Below, in pieces: positions 45,129-53,259 of a DNA stretch of 53,259 bases. The DNA comes from a virus (lineage: Duplodnaviria; Caudoviricetes). The first letter of the stretch is position 1. The number at the start of each line of letters is the position of its first letter. Where the stretch lies: the IMG/VR virus record IMGVR_UViG_3300029448_000057, positions 1-53,259 of that record; one strand, 5' to 3'. A program made the position numbers and the translations under genes. Below the pieces are notes generated by a model. That model did not search any database and had not been told where the DNA came from. It was given only the letters and a program-made list of their open reading frames with translations.

Positions 45129-46052
45129 ATGGCTGAACCCATGCAAGAAGTAGAAGAGACGAAAGAAGAAGAGGTAGTAGAGGTAGACTTAGTAGAGGAT
45201 ACTAATACAGGTGAAGTAACTACAGCTCCTGAGCCTGAAGAGGTAACAGAAGTAGTAGAAGAAACTAAGGCTGAGGATACTACTGAAGAAATAGAAGAGT
45301 ATAGCGACTCAGTCCAAAAACGCATAAATAAACTCACATATAAAATAAGAGAGGCTGAAAGAAGAGAAAAAGCTGCGATTGAATATGCACAAAGTGTACA
45401 AGATCAGTTAAATAAAACTAAAACAGACCTTTCACAAAAAGATAAAAACCTATATGATGAGTATAGTGCAAGAGTTGCATCTGAGCTTAAAGTAGCAGAG
45501 GATGCTTACAGAACTGCACATGATGAAGGTAATACTGATATCATGTTGCAAGCACAAAAAGATATAGCTAAATTATCTGTTGAGCTAGAAAGTCTTAATC
45601 GTGTTAAACCAAGCGATGATGACAAAGGAGAGGGTGCAGCTGAGGTAGTAACAAACGCTCCTCAACCTCAAACTCCTCAACCAGAGCAAGTAGCTCAGCC
45701 TGACCCTAAAGCACAGGAATGGGCTAAAAGAAATACTTGGTTTGGTGATGACATAGCAATGACCAGTAGTGCTTTTGCTTTTCATCAACAGCTAATAGAA
45801 AGCGAAGGATTTGATCCTGCTTCAGATGAATATTATTCTGAGTTGGATAAAAGAATGGCGGAGGCTTTTCCTACTAAGGTAGGAAACAGCAACCAAAATA
45901 ATAACGTGAAAGAAGTTGTTGCAGTACCCTCTCGTGGGGTTAGTCGTAGCACCAAAAAATCACGCACTGTTCGATTGACGCCTAGTCAAGTAGCTATCGC
46001 TAAAAGATTAGGTGTTTCAGTTGAAGATTACGCTAAACATGTGAAAACATAG
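45129..46052 (+). CDS. Scaffolding protein (putative)
   Basis: Acidic N-terminus, long coiled coil, C-terminal LTPSQVAIAKRLGV...YAK. Confidence 0.7.
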   Translation: MAEPMQEVEETKEEEVVEVDLVEDTNTGEVTTAPEPEEVTEVVEETKAEDTTEEIEEYSDSVQKRINKLTYKIREAERREKAAIEYAQSVQDQLNKTKTDLSQKDKNLYDEYSARVASELKVAEDAYRTAHDEGNTDIMLQAQKDIAKLSVELESLNRVKPSDDDKGEGAAEVVTNAPQPQTPQPEQVAQPDPKAQEWAKRNTWFGDDIAMTSSAFAFHQQLIESEGFDPASDEYYSELDKRMAEAFPTKVGNSNQNNNVKEVVAVPSRGVSRSTKKSRTVRLTPSQVAIAKRLGVSVEDYAKHVKT

Positions 46053-46061
46053 GAGTTAAAA

Positions 46062-46559
46062 ATGGCAAAACAAGTTGACATACATGAGGAAACTGAAGCC
46101 ACTAAATCGGATCGATCTCCTCGATCTGCTGAGTCACGGGATAAACAATCTCGTGCGAAACCATGGCAACCACCGTCTTTATTAGACGCACCAGAGCCAC
46201 CAGATGGATACGTACACAGATGGATACGTGAATCAATGATGGGGCAAGATGACAAAGCGAATATGTCTAAACGTATTCGTGAAGGATGGGAACCAGTGAG
46301 AGCTGAAGAATATCCTGAGTTTGATGCACCTACTGTTGAGGATGGTAAACATGCTGGAGTTATCGGTGTGGGGGGTCTGATACTCGCTAGGATTCCGATC
46401 GAGATCGTCGAGCAGCGACGCCAATATTTTGAACAGATGGCTAATGACCAGATGGAAGCTGTAGATCGTAACCTAATGAGAGAAAGTAGCTCAGTCATGC
46501 CTATTGATAAACCCAATAGACAAACTAGAGTTACCTTTGGAAAAGGTGGTGCTGATTAA
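46062..46559 (+). CDS. Conserved head-module protein
   Basis: W.PPSLLDAP, HRWIR, REGWEPV, GGLILARIP. Confidence 0.7.
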   Translation: MAKQVDIHEETEATKSDRSPRSAESRDKQSRAKPWQPPSLLDAPEPPDGYVHRWIRESMMGQDDKANMSKRIREGWEPVRAEEYPEFDAPTVEDGKHAGVIGVGGLILARIPIEIVEQRRQYFEQMANDQMEAVDRNLMRESSSVMPIDKPNRQTRVTFGKGGAD

Positions 46560-46580
46560 TCAGCACTTAATTTATTTTTT
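46549..46580 (+). terminator. Possible weak terminator/processing hairpin
   Basis: 18-bp palindrome GTGCTGATTAATCAGCAC followed by a T-rich run. Confidence 0.4.
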
Positions 46581-46598
46581 TACATAAGGTGAAATAAT

Positions 46599-47141
46599 AT
46601 GGCAAATGTAAACGATCCAAATGGATTCACACCAGCATATCATATGTCTGGAGGAACAATCCGTCCATCCGAGTTTGCTATCCAAAGTGGTGCTACTGGT
46701 GACATCTTCGCAGGTGACGTCGTTAAACTAGCTTCTGGATATGTTTTACAAGGTGGGGCAACGGATGCTCCTTTAGGTGTATTCTATGGTGTTGAATATA
46801 CTGCTACTGATGGTGAAATCATTTTCTCAAGAAAATGGCCAAGTACCACTACTACGCAAGGTTCTGCAAACGCTAAAGCATATGTATATGCTGACCCTAA
46901 TATTGCTTATGAAGCACAGTTCACAGGAACTCCTTCACAAGCTGATGTAGGTAAAGTGCATACTATCTCTACAACTGCAGGTGATACTAACAACAACCGT
47001 TCGAAAGAAGGTGTAACTACAACTACTGCTAGTGGAATAGCTAAATTAGTTGCTTACGTGGATTCTCCAAGTAACTCAGCTAATGCTCAATACGCTAGAG
47101 GGTATTTTACGTTCCCAGCTTCTACATTCGGTAACGACTAA
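46599..47141 (+). CDS. Capsid decoration/stabilising protein (putative)
   Basis: Immediately upstream of the MCP; IF.GDVV, GVF.G. Confidence 0.65.
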   Translation: MANVNDPNGFTPAYHMSGGTIRPSEFAIQSGATGDIFAGDVVKLASGYVLQGGATDAPLGVFYGVEYTATDGEIIFSRKWPSTTTTQGSANAKAYVYADPNIAYEAQFTGTPSQADVGKVHTISTTAGDTNNNRSKEGVTTTTASGIAKLVAYVDSPSNSANAQYARGYFTFPASTFGND

Positions 47142-47152
47142 AAGGTGATATA

Positions 47153-48061
47153 ATGGCTATAAATAGAGCGCAACTAGTAAAAGAGCTTGAGCCAGGATTG
47201 AACGCACTGTTTGGTCTAGAGTATAACAGATACGAAAATGAACATGCTGAAATTTTCGACACTGAAACTTCTGACAGAGCTTTCGAAGAGGAAGTAATGT
47301 TATCAGGTTTCGGGCAAGCTCCTGTAAAAGGAGAAGGTGCCGCAGTGACTTATGATTCAGCTCAAGAAACTTTCACTTCTAGATACTCCCACGAAACAGT
47401 TGCTTTAGCTTTTGCGTTGACTGAAGAAGCTATCGAAGATAACCTCTACGATACACTATCTTCTAGATACACTAGAGCTTTAGCTAGATCTATGGCGAAC
47501 ACTAAGCAAGTGAAAGCAGCAAATGTGTTAAATAATGGTTTCTCAACTTCCTTCCCTGGAGGAGACGGCAAACCGTTAATGACTACTGACCACCCTACTT
47601 TAACAGCAGGTGATCAGAAAAACGAACTTAGCACTGCTGCCGACTTGAATGAAACTTCTCTTGAAAATGCTATGATTGATATATCAGCTTTCCAAGATGA
47701 GAGAGGTATTAAAGTCAATGTTCAAGCAAGAAAATTGATTGTACCGCCTCAACTTCAATTCGTGGCTGACAGAATATTAAACTCTCCTGGAAGAGTTGGT
47801 ACTTCTGACAACGACATTAACGCATTGAGAAACATGGGTATGCTACCTGAAGGTTACACAGTAAATCATTACTTAACCGACACTGACGCATTCTTCATTA
47901 AGACTGATGCTCCTAATGGTTTGAAGCATTTTGAAAGAGCACCTCTTACCACTGGTATGGAAGGTGACTTTGAAACTGGTAATGTCAGATACAAAGCAAG
48001 AGAAAGATATTCTTTTGGTTTTAGTGACTGGCGTGCGATTTTTGGTTCTCCTGGAGCTTAA
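47153..48061 (+). CDS. Major capsid protein (Mu gpT-like, HK97 fold)
   Basis: MAINRAQLVKELEPGLNALFG...LIVPPQL...YKARERYSFG.SDWR; followed by a strong terminator. Confidence 0.92.
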   Translation: MAINRAQLVKELEPGLNALFGLEYNRYENEHAEIFDTETSDRAFEEEVMLSGFGQAPVKGEGAAVTYDSAQETFTSRYSHETVALAFALTEEAIEDNLYDTLSSRYTRALARSMANTKQVKAANVLNNGFSTSFPGGDGKPLMTTDHPTLTAGDQKNELSTAADLNETSLENAMIDISAFQDERGIKVNVQARKLIVPPQLQFVADRILNSPGRVGTSDNDINALRNMGMLPEGYTVNHYLTDTDAFFIKTDAPNGLKHFERAPLTTGMEGDFETGNVRYKARERYSFGFSDWRAIFGSPGA

Positions 48062-48075
48062 TCGCTGTAAGTTTG

Positions 48076-48105
48076 AGAAAGGGGCTTTATGCCCCTTTCT
48101 TTTTT
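48076..48105 (+). terminator. Rho-independent terminator after MCP
   Basis: AGAAAGGGGC-TTTAT-GCCCCTTTCT-TTTTT. Confidence 0.9.
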
Positions 48106-48130
48106 GTTATAAACAGAATACAATTATATA

Positions 48131-48190
48131 ATCCGTGAGTAACCATTGTTCTGACTGACACGGCAGACTTACTCCAAAGACAGAACAATA
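48131..48190 (+). ncRNA. Pseudoknotted RNA, probable Mu-gpT-DE motif
   Basis: CCGTG/CACGG, AGTAA/TTACT and ATTGTTCTG/CAGAACAAT interleaved stems, directly downstream of a gpT-like capsid gene. Confidence 0.6.
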
Positions 48191-48208
48191 ATTTAGTTAG
48201 GAGATAAA

Positions 48209-48715
48209 ATGGCTAAATCAACTTTTTCAGGTCCAGTAAAATCAATATCTGGATTTATTTCGGCAGGTAATACAGCAGTTGTCAGTTTGACAGCTGACAC
48301 TAGTTTAACAGTAGCTTCACACGCAGGTAGAATATTGACTTGTAATGATGCTGATGGTAAATTTACATTACCTAGTATTGTAACTACAGCACCTTCTGAT
48401 CCAACTGATCCTAATCAGTTAAATAATTTAGGAGCTAGTTTCTTTTTCGTAATCGAAACTGCAGCTACTGACCTAGATATTAAAACTGATGGTACAGATA
48501 AATTTGTCGGTGGGCTTTACACTGGTAAAGACGATGCTACTGGTAAAACTTTTATATCAGGTGCATCTAATGATGTAATTACAATGAATGGATCAACTAA
48601 AGGTGGACTAGCAGGTAGTATAGTAAAAGTTACTGCTATCGCTGCTGCTAAATATGCTGTTGAAGGTATTATTTTAGGTTCAGGAACTATAGTTACTCCA
48701 TTTGCTGACGCTTAA
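48209..48715 (+). CDS. Structural protein (minor head/fibre)
   Basis: MAKSTFSGPV start; RBS AGGAG. Confidence 0.7.
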   Translation: MAKSTFSGPVKSISGFISAGNTAVVSLTADTSLTVASHAGRILTCNDADGKFTLPSIVTTAPSDPTDPNQLNNLGASFFFVIETAATDLDIKTDGTDKFVGGLYTGKDDATGKTFISGASNDVITMNGSTKGGLAGSIVKVTAIAAAKYAVEGIILGSGTIVTPFADA

Positions 48716-48730
48716 TATTAGGAGATAGTT

Positions 48731-49141
48731 ATGGCAGACGCAGTAACGTCTACAACCATTTTAGATGGTGATAAAGACTTTATAGTTCAGCTTACAAATG
48801 TTAGTGACGGCACTGGTGAAAGTGCTGTCACTAAAGTCGATGTAAGTGGCTTATCAACAAGGTCAAGTGATGGTGCAGCATGCACAGGTGTAAAACTAAA
48901 TAAAATCTTTTATAGCATTTTAGGTTTTACTAAAATAGGACTATTTTGGGACGCATCCTCAGATACTTTATGTATGGAGTTAAACCCTAGTGCTGATGGT
49001 GTGTTAGACTTTAGTCCTTTCGGTGGATTACAAAATACTTCAGGTTCAGGTAAAACTGGTGATATACAACTTACTACTACTGGACACAGTAGTGGTGATA
49101 CTTATATGATAGTTTTACACTGTATTAAGAGCTATGGGTAA
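48731..49141 (+). CDS. Structural protein
   Basis: MADAVTS...SDGTGESAV.KVDVS. Confidence 0.7.
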   Translation: MADAVTSTTILDGDKDFIVQLTNVSDGTGESAVTKVDVSGLSTRSSDGAACTGVKLNKIFYSILGFTKIGLFWDASSDTLCMELNPSADGVLDFSPFGGLQNTSGSGKTGDIQLTTTGHSSGDTYMIVLHCIKSYG

Positions 49142-49143
49142 TT

Positions 49144-49821
49144 ATGGCTACATCAGGAACAAAGACTTTTTCGCTTACTATAGCGGATACAATAGAAGAA
49201 GCCTACGAGTTAGCAGGTCTAGAACTTAGAACTGGGTACGATGCAGAAACTGCTCGTAGGTCTCTTAACATTATGTTTGCTGATTGGGCTAACAGAGGTG
49301 TTAATCTTTGGACTATCGAACAAGTTACCCTAAATTTAACATCAGGAACTGCCTCATACGATCTTAATGCTTATGACTTAGATATAGTCTCAGCAGTGAT
49401 ACGACAGACAGATGCTAATAGTACACAAACTGATCTACAAATAACTAATATAGGAAGATCAGAATATTTAAGCATACCTAATAAAGCTGCAACAGGTAGA
49501 CCATCACAATATTTTATTGATAGACAAATAACACCAGTGCTTAAAGTCTGGCCAACACCAGACAGTAGTGCTACATATCAGTTTGTTTCTTATAGAATAC
49601 AAAGAATAGATGACGCATCTGCTTCAGCACAAGACCCAGAAGTTCCTTCTAGGTTTATGCCATGCATGGCAAGTGGGTTAGCTTATTACATAGCGTTAAA
49701 GAAAAACCCTGAAAAATCTGCTATTTTAAAAGCACAATACGAACAAGATTTTAAACTAGCTTCAGAGGAAGATAGGAATAGAGCATCCGTAATGCTTACA
49801 CCTTCAAGGAGTTCATACTAA
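49144..49821 (+). CDS. Head-tail adaptor (P22 gp4 / T7 gp11-like)
   Basis: IEEAYE..G, ARRSLN.M..DW.NRG, G.P.QY, VWPTPD, GLAYY.A. Confidence 0.72.
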   Translation: MATSGTKTFSLTIADTIEEAYELAGLELRTGYDAETARRSLNIMFADWANRGVNLWTIEQVTLNLTSGTASYDLNAYDLDIVSAVIRQTDANSTQTDLQITNIGRSEYLSIPNKAATGRPSQYFIDRQITPVLKVWPTPDSSATYQFVSYRIQRIDDASASAQDPEVPSRFMPCMASGLAYYIALKKNPEKSAILKAQYEQDFKLASEEDRNRASVMLTPSRSSY

Positions 49822-49979
49822 TGCCTAGACATAAAAAAGGACTATGGGCTAATATACACGCCAAACGTAAACGCATAAAAGCTGGTAGTGGTGAAAAAAT
49901 GCGTAAAAAAGGTGCTAAAGGTGCCCCCACTAAAGCACAGATGGCTGCAGCTAAAAGGTCTAGAAAGAGGAAAAAATAA
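49821..49979 (+). CDS. 52 aa basic protein (GLWANIHAKRKRI motif), not in track
   Basis: MPRHKKGLWANIHAKRKRIKAGSGEKMRKKGAKGAPTKAQMAAAKRSRKRKK*; coupled at both ends. Confidence 0.8.
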   Translation: MPRHKKGLWANIHAKRKRIKAGSGEKMRKKGAKGAPTKAQMAAAKRSRKRKK

Positions 49980-50824
49980 TGGCGTATGCCAGTGGCAAAT
50001 ATTCTAGAGCTATATGCGATAGATGTGGGTTTGATTATCCATATAATGACTTAAAAAAAGAGTGGAATGGCTTAAAAACTTGCCCCTCTTGCTTTGAACC
50101 AAAACACCCACAGCTAGATCCATCACACAATGTAAGAGATATAGAAACATTACGTGATCCAAGACCTTCGGTAAAAGCTCCTACAACAGGATACGGTAGA
50201 GTATTTAGTGCTAACCCTAAAGATTCTAATGGTGTGTCAGGTGTACCGATGAATGGAACTTCACACAATGATCCTATAGGTAACTCGTTTTTTGTTAAGA
50301 GAGCTATAACTGCAGTAGGAGAGGTAACTGTAGGGCTACCAGAAGCAGTCAATGTAAGCACAGACTTATCAGGGTATGGCTTAACTAGTAGTCTCGGTAG
50401 TGTTACAACTTCTGTTGAAGGAGTAGCAGTAAGTGGTTTAGCAGGTACTTCAGCTTTAGGAACAGTTACGGTAAGTATTCCTACTACATATACAGTTACA
50501 GTAGCATCAGGCACTAATTCTTACGGTACAGGAAATAAATTCTACTTAAACGGTTCAGTAAGTCCTACCATAACTTTATCAGAGGGAAGCACTTACACAT
50601 TTGATCAATCTGATTCTAGTAATTCAACACACCCTCTAAGGTTTTCTACAACAGCTAACGGTACACATGGTGGTGGTTCAGAGTATACTACAGGAGTAAC
50701 TACTTATGGAACACCTGGAAGCTCGGGGGCATATACACAGATTACGGTAGCTTCAGGTGCACCGACACTTTATTACTACTGTACGAATCACTCAGGCATG
50801 GGTGGTCAGGCAAATACAACATAA
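49979..50824 (+). CDS. Virion protein: Zn-finger N-terminus plus cupredoxin-like C-terminus
   Basis: CDRC..CPSC..PKHPQ; C-terminal HPLRFS...LYYYCTNHSGMGG. Confidence 0.7.
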   Translation: MAYASGKYSRAICDRCGFDYPYNDLKKEWNGLKTCPSCFEPKHPQLDPSHNVRDIETLRDPRPSVKAPTTGYGRVFSANPKDSNGVSGVPMNGTSHNDPIGNSFFVKRAITAVGEVTVGLPEAVNVSTDLSGYGLTSSLGSVTTSVEGVAVSGLAGTSALGTVTVSIPTTYTVTVASGTNSYGTGNKFYLNGSVSPTITLSEGSTYTFDQSDSSNSTHPLRFSTTANGTHGGGSEYTTGVTTYGTPGSSGAYTQITVASGAPTLYYYCTNHSGMGGQANTT

Positions 50825-50861
50825 TGTATTAATTATTTTAAGATGTGAGTATAATAACGAT

Positions 50862-51509
50862 ATGAGTTACACTTTGAGCACATTACAGACAGCTATCAAA
50901 GATTATCTTGAAACTGATGAAACTACTTTTAATAATAATTTAAATAATTTTATTAAAAATACAGAAGAAAAAATTTTAAAAAGTATTCAACTTGATGTTT
51001 TTAGAAAGAATGTTACAGGAACAGGTACATCTGGTACAACTTATTTGAGTACACCTAGTGACTATTTAGCTTCTAATAGTTTAGCTATTATTGATTCAGA
51101 TAATGTTTATACTTACTTACAGCTCAAACATGTTTCTTTTATAAGAGATTTTACTCCAGATTCAGACACTACTGGTGTTCCTAAATATTACGCAGAGTTT
51201 GATGAGGATACATTTATACTTGCACCTAAACCTAACAGTAATTATTCTTTTGAATTACACTACACTGCTAGACCAACTTCTTTGACAGCAGGTAGTGCTA
51301 GTGGAACAACTTGGTTATCAACCAATGCTCCTTTAGCTTTGTTGTATGGTAGTTTAGCAGAGGCAAGTATATTTCTTAAAAACTATGAAGGTGTACAATT
51401 TTACGATAAACTTTACCAAGAAGCTATGGCAGCTTTAAAAATATTTGAAGAAGGTAAAAATACTCGTGATCAATACCGTTATGATGAGGTTAGAAGACAG
51501 CCTGTTTAA
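50862..51509 (+). CDS. Second adaptor/connector protein
   Basis: ATG 50862 (MSYTLSTLQTAIKDY); G.PKYYA, AP.P...Y..ELHY, LLYGSL.EA. Confidence 0.72.
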   Translation: MSYTLSTLQTAIKDYLETDETTFNNNLNNFIKNTEEKILKSIQLDVFRKNVTGTGTSGTTYLSTPSDYLASNSLAIIDSDNVYTYLQLKHVSFIRDFTPDSDTTGVPKYYAEFDEDTFILAPKPNSNYSFELHYTARPTSLTAGSASGTTWLSTNAPLALLYGSLAEASIFLKNYEGVQFYDKLYQEAMAALKIFEEGKNTRDQYRYDEVRRQPV

Positions 51510-52240
51510 TGATAGAGCCAGAACTTAAAGGAAAAAATATAGCCATAGTAGCTATGGGGGAGAGTCAACTAGACTTTCATCTATCACTCATACACTCTAA
51601 CAAATATGATGAAGTGTGGTCTATAAACTGCATGGGAGCCATAGTTAAATCAGATAGAGTTTTTATGTTAGATCCACCCAGTCGTTTTTTAGACACTGAC
51701 GATGCAGGAACACAAACAGGAATTATGAGGGAGTGGCTACCTAACACTGACACCCCTATCTATACATGTACTTTGGATTACAGAGTTCCTTCTAGCATCC
51801 TTTATCCGCTTGAAGAAGTAGTACGAGCAACAGACTGTGCTTATCTTAATAATACTGTGCCTTTTGCTTTTGCTTATGCTATTTATCAACAAGTTGGTTG
51901 TATCAATTTATTCGGTATAGATTTTAGCTATAAAGGCAATCTACACTTTGCTGAAGCAGGTAGGGCTTGTTGTGAGTTTTGGTTAGCTAAGTGTATTGAG
52001 AGAGGCATTGAAGTTAAAGTTGGTGCTAGGTCTGGACTTTTAGATACTAACGTGCCTATAGAAGAAAGAGTCTATGGTTATCATAGACTTGATGACCCAG
52101 ATATAATGGTATTAGACAACGGTGAATTTAGACAAATCAAACTCAGTGAATATAATAATAGGATTTATCAAGAAAATTTAAAAAATGTAAAAGAGTTTAG
52201 AACTATTTTAGACTCACCACCTGAAGCAAAGAGGTATTGA
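51509..52240 (+). CDS. Rossmann-fold transferase-like protein (sialyltransferase/MptE-like)
   Basis: IAIVAMG.S, VW.IN, D..F.LD, NTV..A...A, I.LFGIDF. Confidence 0.55.
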   Translation: MIEPELKGKNIAIVAMGESQLDFHLSLIHSNKYDEVWSINCMGAIVKSDRVFMLDPPSRFLDTDDAGTQTGIMREWLPNTDTPIYTCTLDYRVPSSILYPLEEVVRATDCAYLNNTVPFAFAYAIYQQVGCINLFGIDFSYKGNLHFAEAGRACCEFWLAKCIERGIEVKVGARSGLLDTNVPIEERVYGYHRLDDPDIMVLDNGEFRQIKLSEYNNRIYQENLKNVKEFRTILDSPPEAKRY

Positions 52241-52527
52241 TGTTAATAGATGTGGTATCAGGGCTAGGAAATTTAGATATAGCCACTGAAGAAAATAGAG
52301 GACACCCACCTGAGTTTTGGGCTGAAAAAGCTACTGATAAAATATGTGGTATTTCTGAAGATGCAGCACCACACATTAGACAACAAGCAGAGGCTTTTAG
52401 ACTAGCTATTTACAACACAATACTTTATTATATCAAAAGTGCCATCAACAGTGAACGCTGCACTATGCGTAATCTGCTGGAAAAACAAGGGCATGAGGAT
52501 TTAGCAAAAATAATAAAGGAGCTATAA
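52240..52527 (+). CDS. Hypothetical conserved protein
   Basis: TGATG coupling; RG..PE......DKI..IS..A.P.IR.QAEAF. Confidence 0.65.
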   Translation: MLIDVVSGLGNLDIATEENRGHPPEFWAEKATDKICGISEDAAPHIRQQAEAFRLAIYNTILYYIKSAINSERCTMRNLLEKQGHEDLAKIIKEL

Positions 52528-52528
52528 C

Positions 52529-52957
52529 ATGGCAATAAGTTCAACACTAACAACAAGTTTTAAACAAGAACTTTTAGTTGGTACACACAACTTTACACTG
52601 TCCAGTGGAAATACTTTTAAACTAGCTTTATACACAAGTTCAGCTACTTTGGGGGCAACTACCACTGCTTTTACCACAACTAATCAAGCATCAGGTACTA
52701 ATTACAGTTCTGGTGGTGGCACATTAACAAATGTTACACCAACTACTACAGGTACAACTGCAGTAACTGATTTTGCTGACCTTACTTTCGGTACAGCTAC
52801 TATAACTGCTAGAGGGTGTATGATTTATAACTCAAGTCAAAGCAACAAGTCAGTTGCTACGATTGACTTTGGTGGTGATAAAACTTCTACGGCAGGTGAC
52901 TTTACAATAGTATTTCCAGCAAAAGCAGCATCTACAGCTATTATTAGAATAGCGTAA
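52529..52957 (+). CDS. Tail structural protein
   Basis: SFKQELL...HNF...TFKLALY; T/S-rich. Confidence 0.7.
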   Translation: MAISSTLTTSFKQELLVGTHNFTLSSGNTFKLALYTSSATLGATTTAFTTTNQASGTNYSSGGGTLTNVTPTTTGTTAVTDFADLTFGTATITARGCMIYNSSQSNKSVATIDFGGDKTSTAGDFTIVFPAKAASTAIIRIA

Positions 52958-52969
52958 GGGGGAAGCAAA

Positions 52970-53259
52970 GTGGCTTTCGTCCTTAACGACAGAGTAAAGG
53001 AAACTACCACCACTACTGGTACAGGTACTATTAACCTTGCTGGTGCAGCAACTGGTTTTGAAACTTTTGTTGCAGGTATAGGTAATAGTAATGTTACCTA
53101 CTACTGTATAGCAGGTCAAGGTACAGCGGAGTTTGAAGTAGGTATCGGAACAGTTACCGATGCCTCACCTGACACGTTATCCAGAACAACCATTCTTTCT
53201 AGCACTAACAGCGATAGTGCTGTTGATTTTAGTGCAGGCACAAAAGATGTGTTCTGTAC
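52970..53259 (+). CDS. Tail fibre N-terminal region (truncated by window end), not in track
   Basis: GTG start; MAFVLNDRVKETTTTTGTGTINLAGA...EFEVGIGT...LSRTTILSS...DFSAGTKDVFC, open to the end. Confidence 0.8.
   Translation, partial: MAFVLNDRVKETTTTTGTGTINLAGAATGFETFVAGIGNSNVTYYCIAGQGTAEFEVGIGTVTDASPDTLSRTTILSSTNSDSAVDFSAGTKDVFC

Noticed and set aside
50757-50861. Extended N-termini in the ORF track (also 2867, 31951, 34397, 35502, 44614)
   Set aside because: Downstream ATGs with RBS or promoter support avoid long overlaps
1637-53119. Numerous minus-strand and out-of-frame ORFs overlapping long genes
   Set aside because: Shadow ORFs from codon bias; only the helicase and 38174-38365 have supporting signals on the minus strand
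1-53259. Prophage/lysogeny module, tRNA genes, stop-codon reassignment
   Set aside because: No integrase or repressor, no cloverleaf recognised, and genes translate intact with TAA, TAG and TGA all used as stops

Overview
Nearly the whole genome (circularly permuted, both ends inside the tail-fibre region) of an AT-rich, tailed dsDNA phage, most likely an aquatic podovirus-like virus. The inferred layout is: tail, lysis and internal-virion genes (1-16.2 kb); a leftward SNF2 helicase (the ORF track labels it '+', but it is on the minus strand); a replication module (SSB-like protein, primase-polymerase, UvrD helicase, Cas4-like nuclease, Leu762 PolA); small early genes under a repeated promoter family (30-37.5 kb); a repeat-rich, G-quadruplex-containing control region (37.6-38.7 kb); then terminase, portal, GroES, scaffold, Mu-gpT-like capsid, adaptor and tail genes. 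The standout is a thymine-hypermodification cassette inside the replication module (22.6-27.5 kb). It contains a dUMP hydroxymethylase-type thymidylate synthase homologue, a TET/JBP-associated (JGT/GREB1-like) glycosyltransferase, an aGPT-Pplase1 (5-hmdU kinase helical domain) protein and an Nmad1/MazG-like nucleotide hydrolase, flanked by AlkB-like and endonuclease V-like enzymes. No P-loop kinase or amino acid:DNA transferase is visible, so the cassette suggests glycosylated 5-hydroxymethyluracil (base J-like) DNA. Two pseudoknot-like RNA candidates were also found. No integrase, RNA polymerase, tRNA or CRISPR array was seen. All family assignments come from motif recognition by eye, not database searches.
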